Shown: positions 24,684 to 38,227, counted from the first letter of the stretch. The stretch is DNA of 64,000 bases from Eledone cirrhosa (GCA_964016885.1 OZ024753.1:17112001-17176000), one strand, 5' to 3'. Program-made: numbers and translations. The notes: generated by a model not told the origin, from the letters alone.

Positions 24684-25364
24684 GGAAAAATTTGAACAGG
24701 AACAAAACAGAGAGGCAGTACAACGAATGTTTATTATATATATATATATTATATATATATATATTATATATATATATATATATTATATATATATATAACA
24801 ATATATAAATGTGTGTGTATATATGTATATATATAATATATATATATATATTTTCATATATTTATATTTTTTCCTCCGCTGTGACCTGTCTGTTTCTTTC
24901 TTACTGCTTCCTCTTTCTCTGTATCTCTCACCCTCTTTTTACCCCCTCTGCCAGTCTCTCTCTCAGCTGGTCTCTTCCTCACACTTTCACTCACTCTCTG
25001 CTACTTCCCCTCTCTCACTTCCTCCCGTTTGACCTGCGTTAAATCCTTTTCTCGCTCACATCTCACCCAGGTCGGATGGTCTTTATCTCTCGTCTATGAT
25101 TTCACAGAACTTAAGTTCATAGATATCACGGACTTGTCTCTTCTCTTCCTCTCTTTCCGTTGCATTACCATCTATGTTTGTTTACATATCTCGCTCGATT
25201 CACCCTATTTTACGTGTCCCAATAACTTTCTTTAGTTATTGCTCGCACCAACCAGAGGTATATGATCTTTAAAGCGAAGAAATACCAATGAAGGTTGGAA
25301 GATCACTGATGAAGGACTAATTTTATTCATATGTAACCCATTTGCAACCACGCAGCACGCCATT

Positions 25365-25418
<54 letters not shown>

Positions 25419-25431
25419 ATATATAAATGTG

Positions 25432-25470
<39 letters not shown>

Positions 25471-25670
25471 ATATATAAATGTGTGAATATATATATGTAT
25501 ATATATATAACAATACATGTATAATGATAGGTTACAGTATCGTAAGAGGATAGAAAGAAAATATATAAAGAGGTGCGATACAGAATATTACATGCCAAAA
25601 GCAGATGCGTAATGTGCTCAATGCTTGGGTTATCAGGGTTTGTAATTAAGGACTTTGCTATAGTAGTATC

Positions 25671-25712
25671 TACCTCCGACGAGCCCCACTGGGCGAAACA
25701 CGTGTAAGAGCT
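25671..25712 (+). ncRNA. minimal type-I hammerhead motif (CCGACGA variant)
   Basis: CCGACGA(25676-82)-GCCC-cact-GGGC-GAAA(25695-98)-CACGTG-TA-AGAG. Stem II is perfect and stem III palindromic. Stem I is weak. Confidence 0.65.
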
Positions 25713-25820
25713 ATATAAAGATATGTTTTAACGGCTTGTAACCCTTTCATTCACTCATTCATTTGCTTATACATGTATATATATATGACTATATATATAT
25801 GTGTCTATATATATGACAAT

Positions 25821-25885
<65 letters not shown>

Positions 25886-26009
25886 CAGATAATATTTCTT
25901 TAAGTCATATATATGTATACAGGGTGTCCTCAAAAAGTATATATGCACTTCAACAGCTTTCTAATAAATATTGCCTATACAGGAAATCAAAGTATGTATA
26001 CAGTTTTTC

Positions 26010-26057
<48 letters not shown>

Positions 26058-26315
26058 TACTCTTTCAGTTAGAAGGGAAAAATTCATTAAAGAATCTTTA
26101 AAATATGAAACAATTACCAAAGGAGATAACTCTAATAGCATCAGTTAATCCAATGTTTCTAAGATAAATCAATTATAATTTTTAAAACAAACCTGTTAAA
26201 GAAAAACAATCGCTTTATTTGGCTAAATGTAGCAATAATTTTAATGATCATAATCAGCATCATACTTACCCCGCTATACTGATCACTTATACATTTACAC
26301 GATTAAGTTCAGTCT

Positions 26316-26358
26316 ATTTTACTGATGAGACCCGACAAAGTCGAAACAAGTCCATTAC
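26316..26358 (+). ncRNA. minimal hammerhead motif
   Basis: CTGATGA(26322-28)-GAC-ccgacaaa-GTC-GAAA(26343-46)-CAAG-TC. Stem I is poorly preserved. Confidence 0.55.
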
Positions 26359-26440
26359 ATTCATCAGATTGCTTTGAAGATAAGATCCAGTCCTAACTGT
26401 ATTGTCTTTATTAAAAGACAAACATTACTCATATATATTA

Positions 26441-26481
<41 letters not shown>

Positions 26482-26482
26482 G

Positions 26483-26848
26483 CAATTCGTTTTTTCAAAT
26501 ATCATTTTGGAAGAAGAATCAGGATGGAGAGAGAGATGCTGTACCCCAGCAAATTTTATAAAAGGTGGGTGAATGTGGCAAAGATGGCCCGAGTGGTTGG
26601 GCCTTCTCTCTATATAAGCCTGTAGGTTGAGGGAAGAGAGGAAGGGAGTACTCACTCTTGGTGCTCCTGGAGATGAGGGTTGTACATTTTTTCGAGGTGT
26701 GTACAACCCCTGTGTAACACCTCCCCTCTATTGGGGATTTCAATTGTTATTTGTTATTTTATTAATATTTTTATTTTCATAGACCTGTATGGAAACTCCC
26801 CATTTGTATTTGTCCCCTTCTTTTGTGGCCTTGTGGCTAATAAAGAAA
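26483..26848 (+). mobile_element. Tx1/L1-clade LINE 3' fragment (subfamily 1)
   Basis: [45 protein letters not shown] plus a 3' UTR ending AATAAAGAAA. (TATC)n on both flanks. Confidence 0.9.
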
Positions 26849-26885
26849 TTTATCTATCTATCTATATATGTATATATATTTATAT

Positions 26886-26917
<32 letters not shown>

Positions 26918-27005
26918 GGTATCTTTATTATATATATATAAGTACATATGTACACACACACACACACACATATAGATATATACACGCACACATATATATA
27001 TACAG

Positions 27006-27038
<33 letters not shown>

Positions 27039-27071
27039 CATACACACATATATATACATACACACACACAC

Positions 27072-27126
<55 letters not shown>

Positions 27127-27179
27127 CACACACAGGTATATATATATTTATATTATATACACACACCCAGACACACACG

Positions 27180-27276
<97 letters not shown>

Positions 27277-28259
27277 GCATGCATGTCACGAATGGGTAGG
27301 AAACTGGAAACGATATGCAAATTTATGAAATAGTTTAAGTGTAAAAGAAGTTGTCGGTAGTGGAAGGTGTTGGGATAGTTGTTGAGGAATCTGAACCATT
27401 CAGTGGTCTGTCAACATGGAGATACCGAATGTCAGGACTTACAGGTTGTGAATTAGTCCCCTTGCTTAAACAAAAATCACGAACAGTCACACATTTTATT
27501 AAGAGACCTACTTAATCCCTTTTGATAGCCGTTTGTCATAAATCTTTTGTTTAAACATTAGCTAATCCCTTGCAAAAAAAATTTGAATTGAAATATCTAT
27601 AAAACCTCTTTGCTCCTCCTCTTTTTTGCCATCATAAAACAAGTACATAGGAAGATAGTGTACTGTTTTTCGCATCTGGGATAGTACAGTTCTTTTGATC
27701 AGTAAACACACAAGGCTGTATCACGAACACAATTACAACAAGAACAGTAACAATAATAAACATGTTAGCATTCTTCAAAATTCTCCCACTTACAGAAAAT
27801 ACATTTCGTGATGGAATACAATGCTTGTGTGCGGGCTTCGTGTGAAAACTCATTAGTATATAATAAATGTGTAAGACAGATGAGCTTGAGAACCACAGAT
27901 GACCCGGTCAATGGAATGTTAAAACTATTGACAATATGCTTTGCCGTTTGTATTTCTATTGGCAAGATACATTAATTTAACTCTTGGTAGTTCAATCTAC
28001 TAACCGTATTGTCAACAGGCAGCACGAGTGGATTATTTCACCAGTGTAAGCAGTATCAGAGCTTTTAAAACTAGGTTTAACTTGAAAAGATGGGGGCTCT
28101 GTCATGTTGGTTTATCCTTACATACATTATATAAAGACAAAGACTTCACTGGTACTTCAATTTATGGGATATATGTAGATCCCGAGCGGATACGGTGTAA
28201 CCACAGTTAAAAAAGGTACTCAATACATTAGTAGAGTATAAACATCATTATTTAATATA

Positions 28260-28460
28260 GTGGATTGGCGGTGGATTGGCAGTATCGGTAGAGGGTCGGA
28301 CGCCATGCTTTGACGTATAGAGGTACGGCCCTTGCCATTCTGAGTTCAAATCCCGCCGAGGTTAACTTTGCCTTTCATCCTTACGGGGTCGATAAAATAA
28401 AGTACCAGTAATGCACTGAGATAATTGGTGGCCTTATGCCAAAAGCAGAAACAATTATTT
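28260..28460 (+). mobile_element. tRNA-derived SINE, full length (short-tail subtype)
   Basis: A-box TGGCAGTATCGG, B-box GAGTTCAAATCC, tail GAAACAATTATT. Confidence 0.9.
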
Positions 28461-28917
28461 AATATAGAAATGGCTTCTACAGGTCTAGAACTGTTTCATT
28501 TGTATGAAAAAAAAAAGGATTGTCATTCCTGATGATTTGATACGAATGAAACATTTTGCATCGACCTGTTACGCACGTTTCGCAGGGGATTAGCTCACTA
28601 TACACTATATATATATATAGTATGTATACACCCGCACAGACACTCGTTTCTTTCAATATCTCCTTCATATGTGTCATTCAATGGGCTGTGTATCATGTCT
28701 CTAATTAAAGTGTTTAGTTGTTGTAGTTGCTATTTAGATTGGGATGTTCCAGCCATGACCATCCTGTCTTCATTTCAACTCCTTCATATTTAGAGATAAC
28801 AGATAAATAGATATTGGCTGAATATATCACAAGTATTCTAAGGGTTATCTCGCATGTATAGTCTGTTAATAACAAACACACCATGTCATTAATGAAAACA
28901 AACAAACCGAAAATATA

Positions 28918-29095
28918 CCGTATTTTCCCGGCACCGAAGACGCTTCGTCCTCGAGGACGCACCCTAATTTTGGCAATTAAAAATTTGAAAAAAAAAAAAA
29001 AAATAAATAATCAACCTTCGGCCTCTAGGACGCATGGTAAATTTTTGAGACTTATTTTAGGAAAAAAGTAGCGTCTTCAACGCCGGGAAATACGG
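28918..29095. mobile_element. Tc1/pogo-type MITE
   Basis: TIRs CCGTATTTTCCCGGC..GAAGACGC and GCGTCTTC..GCCGGGAAATACGG. TA on the left flank and TG on the right. Confidence 0.8.
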
Positions 29096-29279
29096 TGTAG
29101 TAAATGTTAATATACCTAAAAGGCGGTGAATAGACAAGGTGAATTGAAGATCGGATACAACCCACCTCTTGTTTTCTAGCCATCAGTTATGCATTATATG
29201 ACTAATGGCAAACTTACGTTCATCTTGTAAATGTTTTTCTCTTTCTAGTTTTTCTTATTCTTGTCTACCCTTCTAATTC

Positions 29280-29396
29280 ATCTTCTATCTCTAAATTCCA
29301 TTTTCCGATGAAGGTCTAACATCCGAAACGTTAATATTATTTTCCTACTTTATCAAGCATTAAACAATAATATATATATAATCATTGTACTGTATA
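29280..29396 (+). mobile_element. Penelope-like pLTR fragment, family B-related, with hammerhead motif
   Basis: CCGATGA(29305-11)-AGG-tctaacat-CC-GAAA(29325-28)-CG-TT-AAT, then TATCAAGCATTAA similar to 54867-54880. Confidence 0.6.
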
Positions 29397-29733
29397 CAGG
29401 GTGCAAATGATATAAAAAAAAATTGATATCATTTCAGATGTAAATATGCCAGAAATTACGAGGTTTATGAGAACGAGACTGACCAGGCTTAATGTTGAGC
29501 AGCATAAGATTCTATTCCTCAAAATGTCACCATTATGACACTACTTCGCAATAAATAGAACTATTCCTCAAAATTTGTAATCATTATAACACTAATTCGC
29601 AATATATGTGGTAGTTTCTGGGATAAGAATTATTCCTTAAAATTTGTCAAGATTATAACATTAACTCACTCCTAGACTTGGAAGTGTTTGGAATATTTAT
29701 ATACGAAATATGTTTTTTAAAAAAAGCAGCCTG
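29397..29733. mobile_element. possible degenerate Tc1/mariner non-autonomous element
   Basis: TA-CAGGGTGC ... GCAGCCTG-TA ends, with three internal imperfect TATTCCT(C/T)AAAAT..ATTATAACA repeats. Confidence 0.45.
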
Positions 29734-30020
29734 TATATATCATATACTTGTATATAGGGGCCTCGTTTGCCTTTAAAATGTGAGGTGGACAAACCAACAT
29801 TTGTTGATTCTTAAGGGAACATGTTAGTATCGCTTATGGTGCCTTTCCCGGACCCTATAAAATAAGTAAAATGTTACGCTAATTAAATTTTATATATTTA
29901 AATGAAGTTCAGATGTAAAGAAATAAGCTTAAAAAGAATTTATTATATCAAATAAACAAAACTTTTAATTTTTGGCAAAGGGATGTAAATATCGAACGAA
30001 CAAAATTCAATACCGATTGC

Positions 30021-30091
<71 letters not shown>

Positions 30092-30094
<3 letters not shown>

Positions 30095-30252
30095 ATGATA
30101 TTAATAAATGGAAACTATATTTATCAAACCATATTTATTCTATTACGGTATATATATTTCAAGGGTACCAACATTTTGGTACGCTCTCATCAGATAAAAT
30201 ACAAAATTTGTTTTATAAATAGTGACATACCCAGGAATCAGATCTTAACGGT
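30092..30252 (-). mobile_element. family A element with intact hammerhead core
   Basis: Reverse complement: TATTTTAT-CTGATGA-GAGC-GTACCAA-aatg-TTGGTAC-CCTT-GAAA-TATATA-TA. Core at 30157-30193. Confidence 0.8.
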
Positions 30253-31360
30253 TCAAGTTCCGTTTGGATAGTTATATGAATATATATATATATATATATA
30301 TTCATATAAATATATACACATAAATAAACATGTAAAAATATGTATTACACATATGTATGGCTTGTTAGTGGCATTTTCTTGGGGTTTTTTTAATTGGGAA
30401 AAACATGGTTTGTCCACTGTTCCTGAAAACGTGTGTGTGTGGGGGGGGGGGGGACTTGTCCCCTGGTAACCCCCCCCCCCCCCCCCCCGAAACAAGTCCC
30501 TTGCGTGTATGTATATCAGTATTGAAAAATTAAAGGATAACCAGCGAGCCATCCAACTGACAGTGTAATGTTTAACGATGTCGATATATTAACTAAACCA
30601 TCATGGAGGTAGGTCATTGCTTCGTCTTGTTTTCCGCCACCGTAAATTATCATTGGATATGCTCAACGACAGTTCTAAATAGCCATATATATCTGGTTCG
30701 GCTTAGAAGAATATACGCGCGTCTTCTGAGCACATACAATACACCGTTGGTAATAGAACAAACCAGAAACAGACCTCCCAGGCTGGCTGTATGTTATTTG
30801 ATGAGGGAATGTGAAGGGTCGTTGTGCTTTGCACCTTTCACTCACTTCGTAACTTCCGGTCTAACAACATCTATGTATGTATGTATGTATGTGTGTGTAC
30901 GTGTGTGTGTATGTATGCATGTATGTATGTGTGTGTATGTGTGTGCGAGTGTGTTTATGTTTGTATGCATGTTTTTATATCTTTGTATGTAGGTATGTAT
31001 GTATGTATGTATGTATGTATGTATGTATGTATGTATGTATCTATGTATGTATGCGTGTATATATATGTATGTATATATGTATTTGTGTATGTCTCTGTGT
31101 ATGTGTGCATAAAAAATATATGTATAATTCCACCTACAAATGTATGTAAATATATGTATATATATTCATACATAAATGCTTATCCGTATATATACTTGTG
31201 TGTGTGTGTGTGTGTACATACGTGTGTCTGTGTGAATGTGTTGGTGTGTATGTGGTGTGGGATGATGGGTGTATACACAGACAGATCGGAAAACAGCCGT
31301 CAAAGAATATTATCTACCTAAACACACACATATAGAGAGTGTGTGGCGTGGGGGAGGTGG

Positions 31361-31405
<45 letters not shown>

Positions 31406-31451
31406 CATGTAAACAGTACGGATCCAATTAAAAGAGATCTCTCTCTCTGTG

Positions 31452-31515
<64 letters not shown>

Positions 31516-31541
31516 ATATGTGTGTGTGTGTGTGTATGTAT

Positions 31542-32012
31542 CTAGGGCGGGTAAAATTCCCGAGATCCATGGACGAGTTCTCTCCAGCGGTCTCTGTCCC
31601 TCATTATTGCTGCCATGTCCTGCGTCTCCAACAGACCAGTGTCTGTCCTTAGGGCATCAACATACGTTAACCTTGGTCTTCCTCTTCCAGTGTGTCCATG
31701 TGGCTTGAGATTGGTGTGGAAATCGGACCTTCGTAAAGACCTGAAAATCCGCCTCTTCGTTGCTGTAGTGGATGGAGTCTGTGCTGCTGTACGGGTCTGA
31801 AACTTGGACACTGACAAAGAAACTCACTCAGATGGTGGGTGGGTGCTACACGAAAATGCTGAGGATGGCTCTGAACATTAATCAGTATACACTGAGGATG
31901 AAGAATTCAGAGCTGTACGGGAGCCTCCCAAAAGTCAGCTCAAAAGTGACACAGAGGAGACTGAGGTTAGCTGGGCATGCTCACCAACATTCAGAGTTGA
32001 CACTGCAATCAG
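31542..32012 (-). mobile_element. RTE-clade LINE 3' end with inverted 5' segment
   Basis: Minus strand 31542-31706: KPHGHTGRGRPRLTYVD..RDRDRWRE..*. Plus strand 31707-32010: LKIRLF..ESVLLYGSETWTLT..MLRMALNI..RRLRLAGH. Confidence 0.85.
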
Positions 32013-32028
32013 TGTATATATATATATA

Positions 32029-32407
32029 CGAGGGTAATCTCAAAAGTAAGGTCTCCAAAGCGATGGGGACGCAAAGAAACTGTTCGTACGGCTATTGTCA
32101 ACACTGTTGTGATTGGTGCTCCCTTCACTCCCAAACAAGCATGCGCGCGCTTCGCTGGGATTCTCAATCTTGGCTTGACAGCCGTTGAGAATGGAGTTCC
32201 CGTTGAACGCTACCGCCAAGTGCGAATTTCGCGCAGTTATTATATAGAGGGCAATCCCCAAAATAAGGTCTTCTTCCGCGGAAAACATGTGTAATTCTGG
32301 TTGCTCTCTGCATTTTGGTTCCTGGGGTTTCCCGAAGCTCCATCCACAGGATTTTAACGGAAAAGTTGCAATATCGGAAGGAGACCTTACTTTTGGGATT
32401 GCCCTCG
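32029..32407 (+). mobile_element. mariner internal-deletion derivative
   Basis: 28-bp TIRs CGAGGGTAATCTCAAAAGTAAGGTCTCC / GGAGACCTTACTTTTGGGATTGCCCTCG with TA flanks. Transposase remnants MEFPLNATAKCEFRAVI and VSRSSIHRILTEKLQYRK. Confidence 0.9.
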
Positions 32408-32514
32408 TATATACACGCACACACACGCACACACACACACTCACGCACACACACATATTCAAATACATATTTATGTATAAGTATGTATTTATGTATATAA
32501 TATATATATACGTG

Positions 32515-32628
<114 letters not shown>

Positions 32629-33089
32629 TATACACATCTAAGTATATATATCTATCTCTCTCTCTATATATATATATATATGTGTGTGTGTGTATGTGCG
32701 TTTCTATACACACATATGCATATATGTATGTGTATGTATATCTGCATAGATCACGATGGTTATGATTTGTAGTAGTATTAGTAGTCGTAGTAGTAGTCGT
32801 CGTCGTAGTAGTAGTAGTAGTAGTAGTAAGCCTCCATAAATGTTGAAGTAGTGTTTGTCATGGAAGCAACACACTGGGTCTGTGTAAATATGTCGACTTT
32901 CAATAAGAAGGAATGTTGTTTTACACAGCAAACAAAGTAGAGGTGCTAGGACCAGCAGACATGACAGCTATGTCATATATCCATTAGTCATGTCTTACAA
33001 GAGCTCTTGCTTTACTCTGCACTACTTCACTTACAGAGACATACGCAGTCTTTCAAGTCAATTTCATTGCAAATATCACATACGTATTC

Positions 33090-33124
<35 letters not shown>

Positions 33125-33136
33125 ACATATATACTG

Positions 33137-33191
<55 letters not shown>

Positions 33192-33202
33192 CATATATAC
33201 TG

Positions 33203-33252
<50 letters not shown>

Positions 33253-33379
33253 ACATATATATATACTGTATATATATATGTATATGTATATATATAATAT
33301 ATATATATATAAACACACATGCATATATATATATATATATATGTTATATATACATATATATATTATATATATATGTGTG

Positions 33380-33436
<57 letters not shown>

Positions 33437-33447
33437 CATATATACTG

Positions 33448-33494
<47 letters not shown>

Positions 33495-33505
33495 CATATA
33501 TACTG

Positions 33506-33546
<41 letters not shown>

Positions 33547-33674
33547 CATATATATATACTGTATATATATATGTATATGTATATATATAATATATATATA
33601 TATAAACACACATGCATATATATATATATATATATATGTTATATATACATATATATATTATATATATATGTGTG

Positions 33675-33712
<38 letters not shown>

Positions 33713-34098
33713 TCTATGTATGTATGTATATGTATGTATATATATATACATGTATGTATGTGTGTATATGTATGTATATATGTATATACATCTATGTATG
33801 TGTGTGTATATATATATATATATATACATCTATGTATGTATGTATGTATATATATATACATCTATGTATGTATGTATATATATATATACATATATACATA
33901 TATGTATATATATATGTATATATATATGTGTGTACGTTTATGTATGTACATACATGTATTTATAGATATAAGTATATATATATATGTGTATATATATATG
34001 TGTGTGTGTATATATGTATATATGTGTGAGTACATATGTATATATAAATATATGTGTGTGTGTATATATGTATATATATATATATATGTGTGTGTGTA

Positions 34099-34200
<102 letters not shown>

Positions 34201-34858
34201 AATGTAGATATATGTATGTATTTATCTATATTTGTCTTGCTGTGTAAATCTTTAACGCAAACGTGTAAACACACATTGGCACATATATAGGTTTATTAAG
34301 GTCGAGCCAGTGTCCTGTTCGTTCTGGAGTTTCGCCTGTGTTTATCAGAGGGCCATGCATTAATCTCTTCTATTATAATGTGTATAGATTCTCGGAATCG
34401 GAGAGACGCAGATGCATCCACCCCAACACATATGTAAGTGTTGAGGCGGATGCATGTATGTATGTTTTTGTTTTTTGTCCTGCAGGGTGTCCCAAACCAC
34501 CCTTCTCACCAAGTAACCTTGGTGCGGTTGCCGGTTTAGTCGCCGACGACCCGACGATGAGACAGATTGTACTGGGTTACACGTTACCAGTAGCACTCAA
34601 GAGTGACCTGACAAGGGGCGGAAGAACTCATAAGAGTCAACAGCCATCCAAAAGTGTGTAAATATGTATATACACATGTATGTATATGTGTATATGCATG
34701 GGTGCATGTGTATGTATATGCGCGGGGACATAGAAATAGTTGGGCTGGGGACTCAATCGCGCGGTTAAACCACTGGGAGTGAAGGAAGGACCCCTAGCCT
34801 TTGTCAAGACATTCTTATAGGAGAAGGCAACATGCAAATATAAATATATGCAACATGC

Positions 34859-34891
<33 letters not shown>

Positions 34892-35323
34892 CATGCATAT
34901 ATATATATATAATATAACACACACACACACACATATATATAATATAACACACACACACACACATATATATATATGTATTTATGTATATATAAGCGTTCCA
35001 TGTATGCGAGATTAGTAATGCATTTGTGTGTATGGGGCGTGCGCGCCGTTGAATTGAATAGACTTTAGTGTTAAGTTGTTGCAAAGTATTTTCTTTTCTT
35101 TAGATCTTCGTTTGTTTTGTTATGCAAACAGACAGCCACACATCTGTTTCTGTATGTATCCATGTATCTCTATATAAGTTTACATTTATATATATGTATG
35201 GATTAATAGAACGATACTTCAATCACTCCTTCCCTTTCTCTCAATTCTTTTTTCCGTCTCTCTTTCACTCACTGATACTCTCTTTCTCTCTCTCTCTCTC
35301 TCTCACTCACTCTCACTGACTCA

Positions 35324-35354
<31 letters not shown>

Positions 35355-35411
35355 ACTCTCACTGACTCACTCTCTCTCTCTCACTCACTCTCTCACTCTC
35401 TCCCTCTCCCT

Positions 35412-35482
<71 letters not shown>

Positions 35483-35489
<7 letters not shown>

Positions 35490-35800
35490 CAAAAGATTAA
35501 CAAATGAAGATATTCACATAATCAAAACATATGATTTGATATATGACATGCCTCTACGGTCTTGATAGTTCAATTCCAGTATTGGCAGTTGAAATTGAAT
35601 TGAACTATCAATACCGTAGAGGTATGTCATATATCAAATCATTTAATTTATCTGACGAGGACGTACTGAAAAAACAACACAGTACCTTCGAAATATATAT
35701 AATAAAGCATATAATTTGATTATGTGAATATCTTCATTTAATATTTTGAATAATATTAAAAACTTTCTAGTTGAGTGCTTTTAATCTATTGTAAAACTGT
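35483..35800 (+). mobile_element. family A-related fold-back element with hammerhead
   Basis: TTTAT-CTGACGA(35652-58)-GGAC-GTACTG..CAGTAC-CTTC-GAAA(35690-93)-TATATA-TA-ATAAA. Nested inverted arms 35483-35526/35715-35755 and 35531-35576/35597-35642. Confidence 0.85.
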
Positions 35801-35974
35801 ATTCATTGAGCAATCAATGAACCGTATTAATCTTTGGTTATATATATATATTTATAAATACGTAAAATTAGAATTTAATTTCTCGCCCGAGCACAGCTGA
35901 TACATAAATGTATGTATATATGTGTATATATATATATATATATACATGTGTACGTGTGCATACTTACATATATA

Positions 35975-36095
35975 AAAGAACCAGCACCCCCGCCGGCTGA
36001 GCTCCGGCCGTTTCGACAGCTAAATCCGAACTCTATTAACCTAAGTATTGAGTACTCTGGTGCGTTATGGTCCACCTGGTATTTTACCACAACTT

Positions 36096-36097
<2 letters not shown>
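35975..36097. mobile_element. family E rearranged copy (inverted hammerhead 3' half plus sense 3' end)
   Basis: Reverse-complement segment reads GCTGTC-GAAA-CGGCCG-GA-GCTCAG. It is followed by sense TAAGTATTGAGTACTCTGGTGCGTTATGGTCCACCTGG. Confidence 0.65.
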
Positions 36098-36140
<43 letters not shown>

Positions 36141-36221
36141 GGAAACTCTGCTTCGTAGAATCGAGACGTATCTGAGGACCTTGCGATTTCAGAGTCAGGT
36201 TCGATCATTACATCGATCGTG

Positions 36222-36262
<41 letters not shown>

Positions 36263-36266
<4 letters not shown>

Positions 36267-36737
36267 AAAAGGGATATTCAATTTGTTGGTAATTCAACAA
36301 ATATAAATGTTTATAACTGATTCAGAGCACTCGACAAGTTTTCTGGAGTATAATATTCAATGATATTTAATAAATGGAAACTATATTTATAAAACCATAT
36401 TTATTCTATTATATATATTTCAAGGGTACCAAAACTTTGGTACGCTCTCATGAGATAAAATACATAGTAAGTTTTATAAATATTGAAATACCGTTAAGAT
36501 CTCATTCCTGGATATGTCAATATTTATAAAACAAACTTTGTATTTTATCTGACGAGGGCGTACCAAAGTTTTGGTACCTTTGAAATATATATATAGAATA
36601 AATATGGTTTTATAAATATAGTTTCCATTTATTAATATCATTGGATATTATACTCCAGAAAACTTGTCGAGTGCTTCGAATCTGTTATAAATATGTATAT
36701 ATTTGTTGAATTACTAACAAATTGAATATCTCTTTTG

Positions 36738-36740
<3 letters not shown>
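36263..36740. mobile_element. family A fold-back element, ~230-bp arms
   Basis: 36263-36490 is the reverse complement of ~36513-36740. Plus-strand core CTGACGA 36549-55 ... GAAA 36582-85. The minus arm has CTCATGA (mutated core). Confidence 0.9.
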
Positions 36741-36766
<26 letters not shown>

Positions 36767-36772
<6 letters not shown>

Positions 36773-37060
36773 ATATTTGGGGAGGGTCATATTTGTGTAA
36801 TATTGCCAGAATTAATAACAGAACACACTCACTGTTTGGTTGGTTTTCGCTTCTCGCTGCCTTTTATATCGGTAATCTAACTTACTCGGTCCTCAATGTT
36901 GCCATTGACTGACCGACGGTCAAAAATAATACAGATACAATATAGACACAAACACATATATATAGTTTATCATAAATCTTTCGTTGCACATCTGCAACAT
37001 CGTCAGTGGTGTTATATTTTCCTCCTGTTGTGTTGTATGTCTACGCCATTTTTATTCAGT
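36767..37060 (-). mobile_element. family C element with hammerhead
   Basis: Reverse complement: CCA-CTGACGA-T-GTTGCA-gatg-TGCAAC-GAAA-GATT-TA-TGA (36972-37009). Homologous to 58790-58970, and its 3' end equals the 8775 hairpin arm. Confidence 0.75.
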
Positions 37061-37061
37061 C

Positions 37062-37121
<60 letters not shown>

Positions 37122-37125
37122 TGGA

Positions 37126-37162
<37 letters not shown>

Positions 37163-37168
<6 letters not shown>

Positions 37169-37450
37169 TAAATGGAAACTATATTTATAAAACCATAATT
37201 ATTTTATTTTATTATATATATTTCAAGGGCAACCAAGGCACATTTTGGTGCGCTTTCATCAGATAAAATACAAATTTGTTTTATAAATATTGACATACCC
37301 GCATAAAGACAACTATAATTATGGTTTTATAAATATAGTTTCCATTTATTAATATATTGAATATTTACTCCACTATTTGTTGAGTGCTTTATAGCTTTAT
37401 AGCAGTTATAAAAATGTTTAAGCTTGTTGAATCCCAACAAATTAAATATA
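37163..37450. mobile_element. family A element with intact hammerhead (minus) and short fold-back
   Basis: Reverse complement: TATTTTAT-CTGATGA-AAGC-GCACCAA..TTGGTTGC-CCTT-GAAA-TATATA-TA-ATAAAATA (37205-37270). Arms 37163-37200 / 37317-37356. Confidence 0.85.
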
Positions 37451-37455
37451 ACCTC

Positions 37456-37519
<64 letters not shown>

Positions 37520-38142
37520 ATGAGAGAGAAACTCTCACCTTTACACACACATGTGTATTCGTTTGTTTGTGTGTTAGTTTTATGTGTTGATAAAGCTTGT
37601 CACACGACATGTGTACAACGTCGCGTTCTCTGTTCTCGTGAGTTGTAAGTACAATGGTAACTGTAGCTGTATTGAGCGTGAAATTGTCCCTACTTAAGCT
37701 GACAATATTTCCGTTGTCATCTGATTCTCTGTCATTGTTACATGTAATTTGTGGCAACAAATTTTTTTATAAGCAACACCCTTCTTTAACCACTACCAAC
37801 AAACCGCCTAACGCGTCCTATGTGTATAGGGATGTGTGTGTGTGTGTGTTTATACGTGTGTATGTATGCGTCTCTCTCTCTCTCTCTCTCCCTCTCTTTG
37901 TCTCCCCCCTCTCTCTCCTCTTCTCCCGCCTCTCTCTCCTTTTCTCCCGCCTCTCTCTCCCCCTCTCTCTCACGCTGTCTCTGAAGAAAGTTGATTAAAG
38001 AAAAAAACAAGAATCGTCAGGATGAGAGGATATATACGATAAACGAATGTATATTCACAGCATATCTCTCAACACTAAAGGCAGAATATACGCACATACA
38101 TGTATACATATACACATTTATCTATCTATCTATTTAGTTAAT

Positions 38143-38227
<85 letters not shown>

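Noticed and set aside
28260-28360. tRNA genes (A/B boxes)
   Set aside because: No cloverleaf, and each copy continues into the same SINE body.
28555-28592. Hammerhead 3' half on the minus strand (GC-GAAA-CGTGCG-TA); also 5' halves at ~25306, ~36175 and 59083-59112
   Set aside because: Only half of the core is present, so these were not counted as ribozymes. They are probably truncated family members.
29757-30503. Possible TIR element sharing GTGGACAAACCA at both ends, with poly-G/poly-C tracts
   Set aside because: The terminal similarity is too short and degenerate, and there is no clear TSD.
34487-34850. GC-richer segments resembling RTE 5' UTR sequence
   Set aside because: Based on vague recollection only, single copies in the window, and no supportable structure.
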